Shown here: positions 7,976 through 13,070 of the stretch, piece by piece
Position numbering within the stretch: the first letter of the stretch is position 1
Layout of the letters: each line of letters begins with the position of its first letter
Assembly (NCBI GenBank): GCA_043811375.1
Contig: JBDRNJ010000066.1
Coordinates: forward strand, 1-13,070
Origin: a bacterium
Lineage (GTDB): Bacteria > Zixibacteria > MSB-5A5 > GN15 > FEB-12
DNA: 13,070 nucleotides
Direction of reading: 5' to 3'
Made by a program: the position numbers and the translations under genes
Notes under the pieces: model-generated
What the model was told of the DNA's origin: nothing
Database searches by the model: none
Seen by the model: only the letters and a program-made list of their open reading frames with translations

Positions 7976-9103
7976 CTATTTCAGCAGCGTCAGAAACACT
8001 CCGGCGGCGACAGCCGAGCCGATCACACCGGCGACGTTGGGACCCATAGCCGGCATCAGCGGGTTGACCCGACCGTCGGTGGCGTCGGAGACGAACTTCT
8101 GCACCACCCGGGCGGCCATCGGTACCGCCGAGACACCAGCCGCACCGATACAGGGATTGATCTTCTTGCCTGCTGAAAGAAACAGGTTGATGATTTTGGC
8201 AAAGACCACTCCACCGGCGGTACTGAACGAAAAGGCAATCGCGCCCAGTCCCAGAATCATCAGCGTGCGCAGGTTAAGGAAATGCTCGGAATCCATGGTA
8301 GCGCCGACCGTAAGCCCGAGAAAGATCGTTACGATGTCAATCAGAGAGCCGCCGGCGGTTTTGCGTAACCGTTCGGTGACGCCGCATTCGCGCAGCAGGT
8401 TACCGAACATCAGCATACCGATCAACGGGGCGCTGGACGGCACCGCCAGAGAAGCGATAACGCCGGTGACAATGGGGAAAAGGATGATGGCCGTTCTTGA
8501 AACCGGCCGGGCCTGGGGCATGTCGATGGCGCGTTCTTTTTTGCTGGTGAGCATCCGTATGATGGGCGGCTGGATAATCGGCACCAAAGACATATAGCTG
8601 TAGGCCGCCACCGCCACCGGGCCGAGCAGGTGCGGCGCCAGTTGGCTGGTGAGGAAGATCGAGGTGGGGCCGTCGGCGCCACCGATGATACCGATACAGG
8701 CAGCTTCCCGGAAATTAAACCCCAGCAGGTAAGCTGCGCCCAGAGCGGCCACAAAGATACCCAACTGTGCCGCGGCGCCCAGCAGGAACGTCAGCGGTCG
8801 ACCCAGCAACGGGCGAAAATCGGTCAGCACGCCGACACCCAGAAAGATAATGGGCGGCAGCAGTTCCGTCCTGATTCCTTGCTGATATATGAGCGCCATG
8901 ATACCGTTGCCATAGGAACCCATTTCGGCCAACGGCAGGTTGGCCAGAATAGTGCCGAAACCGATCGGGATCAACAGCAACGGCTCGTACTTTTTGGTGA
9001 TGGCCAGGTAGATCAGTACCCCGGCCACGGCAAACATGACCCAGTTGCCCCATTGCAGGTTGGCAAAACCGGATTGCTGCAGCAGTTCTAAAGCTGTATC
9101 CAT
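7976..9103 (-). CDS. oadB: Sodium ion-translocating decarboxylase subunit beta
   Basis: 375 aa polytopic membrane protein. YEPLLLIPIGFG, IGIIGGADGPT, AAYSYMSLVPIIQPP and AMGPNVAGVIGSAVAAG. Confidence 0.95.
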   Translation of the reverse strand: MDTALELLQQSGFANLQWGNWVMFAVAGVLIYLAITKKYEPLLLIPIGFGTILANLPLAEMGSYGNGIMALIYQQGIRTELLPPIIFLGVGVLTDFRPLLGRPLTFLLGAAAQLGIFVAALGAAYLLGFNFREAACIGIIGGADGPTSIFLTSQLAPHLLGPVAVAAYSYMSLVPIIQPPIIRMLTSKKERAIDMPQARPVSRTAIILFPIVTGVIASLAVPSSAPLIGMLMFGNLLRECGVTERLRKTAGGSLIDIVTIFLGLTVGATMDSEHFLNLRTLMILGLGAIAFSFSTAGGVVFAKIINLFLSAGKKINPCIGAAGVSAVPMAARVVQKFVSDATDGRVNPLMPAMGPNVAGVIGSAVAAGVFLTLLK

Positions 9104-9121
9104 GCGCTGTGACTCTCCCGC

Positions 9122-10981
9122 CTAAGCGATGGTCAGAATCGGTTTGGAGGAGTCGATTTCATCCCCGATCTGGACGTCGACCGAGGCCACGTTGCCGTCT
9201 ACCGGAGACTTGATATCGTGTTGAGCCTTCATGGCCTCCACCTTGGCCACGACCTTACCCTTGGTAACGGCATCGCCGATTTTTACCAGGATATCGACCA
9301 CTTCCACCATGCCGGCAAAAGTAGAGAAGACCGGCGTCCCGTTGGAGGCGGCCGGTACCGCCGGGTTCGCCGGGGCAGCTACGGTTGCAGCCGGTGCCGT
9401 ACCGGCTGCTGTCGCCGGTTCGACCGTTACCATGAAAGTACGCGTGCGACCGTTTTCCTGGACCGTGCACCGGGAGATCACCGGGCCGGTGATGACCGGA
9501 CCTCCGGCGGGAGCGGCGGCCGGTGCCGCAGTGGCCGGTTTGGGCTCTTCTTTCTTTTTCAAAGGCACATCGATTCTGGGTTTTCCCATCAGCAGCCGAA
9601 CGCCTTCATTGACTTCCACTTTCTTGCCGGGCACCATGGCCGCCATGACCAGGAAGATGTTTTTATCATTGATAGGGATGTTTCTCTCTTCGAGTATCTT
9701 GCGAGCAGGTCCGATGTTTTTTGGCGCCGCTTCGAGGGGATCGCCTTTGAAGGGAACCATTTCAAGTTGTTTGGAAGCTTTCTCGACCACTTCCGGATCG
9801 GATGGCAGCGGCGTCTTGCCGAAATAGCCCAGAACCGCGCGGCCGTAACCGGATTCGATTTTCTCCCAGCGACCATACATAACGTTGTTGAAAGCCTGCA
9901 ACCAGTACTGCTGGCTGCCGGGTGTCACGCTGGTCCAGGCGCCCGCGGCCTCGACCACGACAGGGAACTCGGCCAGAACTTCGCCATACTTGTGAATAAT
10001 ACCCGCCTTGACCATCATGTGCACATTGGGCCCGATAGCACCACCGGGCATCGGGAACCCCACCACGCGGGCGTCGGCGGTGGTGGTAGTCGGGTTGAAG
10101 GCGTAGTCTTTCATCGACTCGTTGAGCATGTCTTCGAGAATCGGCATCTTGCTGTCATCGATATCAAGGCTGTAGCCGGTCCCTTTCAGTGCGTGAGCCA
10201 TCGAGCGCACGTCCGGCTGCACCGTGCCGCTGGCCATCGGCCGCACCGACAGGTCGATCCCGTCGACACCGCCCTGGATACCGGCCATGTAGCAGGCGAC
10301 CGCCATGCTGGCCGTGTCATGGGTATGCTGCCACAGCGGCATCTCCGGCGGCATGATTTTTCTCAGCCCGACCGCGGTATCGTAGATTGTTTTGGGGTCA
10401 GTGGTACCGCTGGCGTCTTTAAGACAGATGCTGTCGATCTGAATATCGCCCTTGAGCAGACGGCGGCCGATATCAATATAGAACTCGGCCGTGTGGACCT
10501 TGTCGGATTTGAACGGCAGCCCCATCAGAGCAATACAGACCTGGTGATGCATACCAATCTCGACAATAGGGCGGCCGGTTTTGATCAGGTTCTCGACATC
10601 GTTCATATAGTCAAAATTGCGGTCCCAGGTCGTGCCGTACTCCTTCATCAGTTTAGCCTGAAGCTGGAGACCCTCCATCGACTGGGTGGTAAGAGTCACT
10701 CCCGACACCGAGCGGGTCAGTATTTGCAGGTCCGGCTCCGGCCCGACGGCTTCCCTGATAGTCTTCATGCATTCGAAAGGATCTTCACCGAGGTAGAAGT
10801 AGGGCGCCTGGTAGCGAGCGCCACCACCGAATTCAAAGTGGCGGATACCGAGTTCGGCAGCCGCTTTCATAGCCGGCAGAAAATCATTGAGCCGGACTTT
10901 GCCGCCGAAAGAACTTTGCAAACCGTCACGAAACGGGGTGAACATCACCCGGATGGTTTTGGGTTTTTGCGTGTATATCAT
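9122..10981 (-). CDS. oadA: Oxaloacetate decarboxylase alpha / pyruvate-carboxylase-B-type carboxyltransferase with C-terminal biotinyl domain
   Basis: 619 aa. FRDGLQS, LKDASG, HTHDT metal ligands, MPGGA, VTPGSQ, Ala/Pro-rich linkers and the EAMKA biotinylation motif. Lies between the gamma-like and beta subunit genes. Confidence 0.88.
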   Translation of the reverse strand: MIYTQKPKTIRVMFTPFRDGLQSSFGGKVRLNDFLPAMKAAAELGIRHFEFGGGARYQAPYFYLGEDPFECMKTIREAVGPEPDLQILTRSVSGVTLTTQSMEGLQLQAKLMKEYGTTWDRNFDYMNDVENLIKTGRPIVEIGMHHQVCIALMGLPFKSDKVHTAEFYIDIGRRLLKGDIQIDSICLKDASGTTDPKTIYDTAVGLRKIMPPEMPLWQHTHDTASMAVACYMAGIQGGVDGIDLSVRPMASGTVQPDVRSMAHALKGTGYSLDIDDSKMPILEDMLNESMKDYAFNPTTTTADARVVGFPMPGGAIGPNVHMMVKAGIIHKYGEVLAEFPVVVEAAGAWTSVTPGSQQYWLQAFNNVMYGRWEKIESGYGRAVLGYFGKTPLPSDPEVVEKASKQLEMVPFKGDPLEAAPKNIGPARKILEERNIPINDKNIFLVMAAMVPGKKVEVNEGVRLLMGKPRIDVPLKKKEEPKPATAAPAAAPAGGPVITGPVISRCTVQENGRTRTFMVTVEPATAAGTAPAATVAAPANPAVPAASNGTPVFSTFAGMVEVVDILVKIGDAVTKGKVVAKVEAMKAQHDIKSPVDGNVASVDVQIGDEIDSSKPILTIA

Positions 10982-11187
10982 TTCAACTCCTCTACATTGG
11001 TAATCTTCGTTCCCGGGTAAATTGTTTGCAGGACCGTTGAGACGGCAGCCACCATGGCGGCGTTACTATCGGCTCTCTCGGGAAAGACGACCAGTATCAA
11101 CCGCATGACAATTGCCAGGACGGACAGCAAAAGAAAAACGCCCGCAAAGGCCGAGGCGCATATAGCCAGCAAGTCAAGAGACTCCAT
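10978..11187 (-). CDS. oadG: OadG-like small membrane subunit (decarboxylase gamma/delta)
   Basis: 69 aa. N-terminal TM helix (GVFLLLSVLAIVM) and an AAMVAAVS helix. 4-bp ATGA overlap with oadA. GGAG RBS. Confidence 0.8.
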   Translation of the reverse strand: MESLDLLAICASAFAGVFLLLSVLAIVMRLILVVFPERADSNAAMVAAVSTVLQTIYPGTKITNVEELK

Positions 11188-11336
11188 TCGAGGTTACTCC
11201 ATTACGTAGCTGAGCCGGTTCGGCCGGGTTCGGAGATCAACTGTTGGATTCATGGCTGCTCTCCATATCTCTCGGTGACCCGCTCTATGTTAAACTGCTA
11301 AATAATGGAGCGAAACAGCCACTGTCAAGTGACACT

Positions 11337-12272
11337 TCAGTTTTTCAGTATCAGCCGACCCCTGGTTACAGGCCGATCAATCCCCTCCAGGTAGAGTTCC
11401 AGGTTCTTGCCGATTGAGGCCACCGTGCCGGCGGCCAGTTTTTCGCCGGGACCGGCCGGGGTATCGGCATAGACGGCAACCTCTCGGCCGATCACCAGCG
11501 ATCGGCGGCGGTAGACATCCAGCAATCGATCGTACTGTCCATCAAGCAGAAACCTGTAATTCCGGCTTAGTGCAGAGGTCAGATGCTCCAGCAACAATCC
11601 CTGATGGCACTTGTCGGATATTGGCACAAAATCTCGCAGCGCGGCCGCCCGGGACACAAAGGGATCGCGCTGTACTTGCGGCGTGGCTTCCACATTAAGA
11701 CCGATACCCAGGATAGCGCCGGAAACTACCTCCCCCTGGCTGAGGGTGTGGGCCAGTACGCCGGCCACCTTGGCATTGTCGATAACAATGTCATTAACCC
11801 ATTTGACCGTAGCCCTGCCTGTCAGACCTTCTATATTATCCACAGCCTCGATTACCGAGACGGCCGAGAGAATAGTGAAGCCGACACCGAAATGATCTAC
11901 TTTCTGCTGCGGTGCCAGAAAAGCGCAGAGGTGAATATTGCCCGGCAGCGCTACCCAGGGCCGATTTTTGAAACCATGCAGACCACCGCCGAACCCGGCC
12001 AGGCACAGCACTCCGCCCGGCAGCAACGGGTCCGATTGAGCCGTCTGTATGAGGGTGTCGTACTGAGACTCCGCCGCCAGCCTGACCACCAACATGTATT
12101 GCCACAGCCGGTCGGAATCAACTTCGGTTACGGACAGGAAATCGGTGTCGAATAGACCGGCGGTGAGCTTTCTGATCGGATCCGGTACTGCATTGACAGC
12201 GATTGTTTCCCATCCCGGATTTCGGTTCAGCACCTCCCGGGAGTATTCAATATTATCAGTGAGGATAACCAT
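11337..12272 (-). CDS. Biotin--protein ligase family protein (no HTH; atypical biotin-binding loop)
   Basis: KWVNDI, KVAGVL and ILGIGLNV motifs plus a C-terminal SH3-like tail. Lies next to a biotin-dependent decarboxylase. Confidence 0.85.
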   Translation of the reverse strand: MVILTDNIEYSREVLNRNPGWETIAVNAVPDPIRKLTAGLFDTDFLSVTEVDSDRLWQYMLVVRLAAESQYDTLIQTAQSDPLLPGGVLCLAGFGGGLHGFKNRPWVALPGNIHLCAFLAPQQKVDHFGVGFTILSAVSVIEAVDNIEGLTGRATVKWVNDIVIDNAKVAGVLAHTLSQGEVVSGAILGIGLNVEATPQVQRDPFVSRAAALRDFVPISDKCHQGLLLEHLTSALSRNYRFLLDGQYDRLLDVYRRRSLVIGREVAVYADTPAGPGEKLAAGTVASIGKNLELYLEGIDRPVTRGRLILKN

Positions 12273-12280
12273 AACGGCGT

Positions 12281-12766
12281 TTATTTTCGGAACCGGTCGT
12301 CGGAGAGTCTGTCTTTGGTGTGGCGGGATTTGCCGGTAAGCCAGCCGGTGCGTATGTCGATCTCTCGGTCGAATTCCGGAACATAAGGCTTGATATCAAG
12401 CAGCGGTGTGCCGTCGACGATATCCACACCCTCAATATAAAGTATAGAGCCTTCGATACGATCCAGCGCTACCACCGACAGCCCGATCGGGTTCGGCCGT
12501 CGTGGGGCGCGTGTGGCAAAAAGTCCGCGGAGCTGGTTATCAAGAAACGGTATTACCTGCAATGCGTAGCCCTGGGACAAGTGCAGGTGGTAAATCAGTA
12601 TGATATGAGAAAAGCCGTCAAGGTCCGCCAGTCCTTCCCGGAAATCGTCGAACACCTCCACGGTCCCCTTAATACCCTGTGCCGCTCGCGGCTGAATCGG
12701 CACGCCGGTGGTATCTTTATACGGCGAATGCACTACGCCGATCGGTTGATAATGAATCTGGTCCAA
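12281..12766 (-). CDS. tsaA: tRNA m6t6A37 methyltransferase TrmO/TsaA (YaeB N-terminal domain only)
   Basis: PIGVVHSPY, GLADLDGFSHIILIYHLH, GLFATRAPRRPNPIGLSVV and DGTPLLDIKPY. Start placed at TTG 12766 with GGAGG 9 nt upstream, giving 161 aa. Confidence 0.92.
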   Translation of the reverse strand: MDQIHYQPIGVVHSPYKDTTGVPIQPRAAQGIKGTVEVFDDFREGLADLDGFSHIILIYHLHLSQGYALQVIPFLDNQLRGLFATRAPRRPNPIGLSVVALDRIEGSILYIEGVDIVDGTPLLDIKPYVPEFDREIDIRTGWLTGKSRHTKDRLSDDRFRK

Positions 12767-12808
12767 TCCTGTTAACCTCCACAACGTCAGGTCACCGACA
12801 ACGCCGTC

Positions 12809-12837
12809 AAAGTACATGCGGCGGGAGCGCAAGGCAA
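12809..12837 (-). promoter_or_regulatory. Candidate sigma70 promoter for tsaA and the ligase gene
   Basis: Minus strand TTGCCT-17 bp-TACTTT, about 40 nt upstream of the TTG start. Confidence 0.5.
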
Positions 12838-12860
12838 GTTGCCGGAACTGCCGGACCTAA

Positions 12861-12930
12861 CAGGGTGTTGAAAAAGTGTTCTATCATGCTCAATTGCCAA
12901 CACACTTCGTCATTCCTGCGAAAGCAGGAA
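12861..12930. mobile_element. Left half of a MITE-like element: CTAA (12857-12860), 15-bp TIR (12861-12875), REP-like hairpin arm (12909-12930)
   Basis: CAGGGTGTTGAAAAA is a perfect inverted repeat of 123-137. The GTCATTCCTGC-GAAA-GCAGGAA hairpin stops exactly where the IS30 end begins. Confidence 0.75.
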
Positions 12931-13068
12931 GGTGGATTCACATTTGAAGTGCAACATGTTATTCCAAAATATCTCTGCTGGTGTTAGAAAGTCCAGACAT
13001 TTTCGTGGTGTGTTATTGTATGCCTGGATGAGTTCGAGGAAGCGATTGTCGGTGAGGGTGGCCAGGTC
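12910..13068 (-). CDS. IS30-family transposase, C-terminal 52 aa (gene enters from beyond the window end)
   Basis: Manual translation gives DLATLTDNRFLELIQAYNNTPRKCLDFLTPAEIFWNNMLHFKCESTFLLSQE*. This contains the IS30 C-terminal signature N-x-x-PRK-x-L-x-(F/Y)-x-TP-x-E. It is absent from the ORF track because it is partial. Confidence 0.85.
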   Translation of the reverse strand, partial: DLATLTDNRFLELIQAYNNTPRKCLDFLTPAEIFWNNMLHFKCESTFLLSQE

Positions 13069-13070
13069 GG
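12931..13070 (-). mobile_element. IS30-family insertion sequence, right end (IRR about 12931-12956)
   Basis: The transposase C-terminus overlaps a 26-bp imperfect inverted repeat of 5-30. Confidence 0.85.

Noticed and set aside
9218..11020. 600-aa plus-strand ORF
   Set aside because: Antisense shadow of oadA, expected from GC-rich codon bias, with no domain motifs. The same applies to 4034-4909, 8037-8597 and 11583-12155.
12679..12987. 102-aa plus-strand ORF
   Set aside because: It crosses tsaA antisense, the MITE and the IS end, so it is a chance chimeric frame.
1..13070. CRISPR array, tRNA/rRNA genes or integron attC sites
   Set aside because: No regularly spaced direct repeats, cloverleaf or rRNA-like sequence was recognised. 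The hairpins lack RYYYAAC/GTTRRRY attC ends.

Overview
Bacterial chromosomal segment, mostly housekeeping genes: glmM-glmS (minus), divergent from glyA / MTH1187-family / cutA / membrane-anchored TPR gene (plus). These are followed on the minus strand by an AmiN/YerI-like small-molecule kinase and a tsaA(trmO) / biotin-ligase / oadG-oadA-oadB Na+-pumping decarboxylase cluster. The most interesting signal is at the two edges and is missed by the ORF track. Each edge holds one half of a short non-autonomous element (perfect 15-bp TIR CAGGGTGTTGAAAAA, flanked by CTAA) that carries GTCATTCCTGC-GNAA-GCAGGAA hairpins. Each half is interrupted at the equivalent position by an end of an IS30-family element. 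The transposase frame runs out through the IS inverted repeat and takes its last 6 codons and its stop codon from the target hairpin. Several GTAG/GTGG-type REP-like hairpins lie in the intergenic regions, and one inverted pair brackets the kinase gene. All calls come from manual reading and recalled family motifs; no database search was run.
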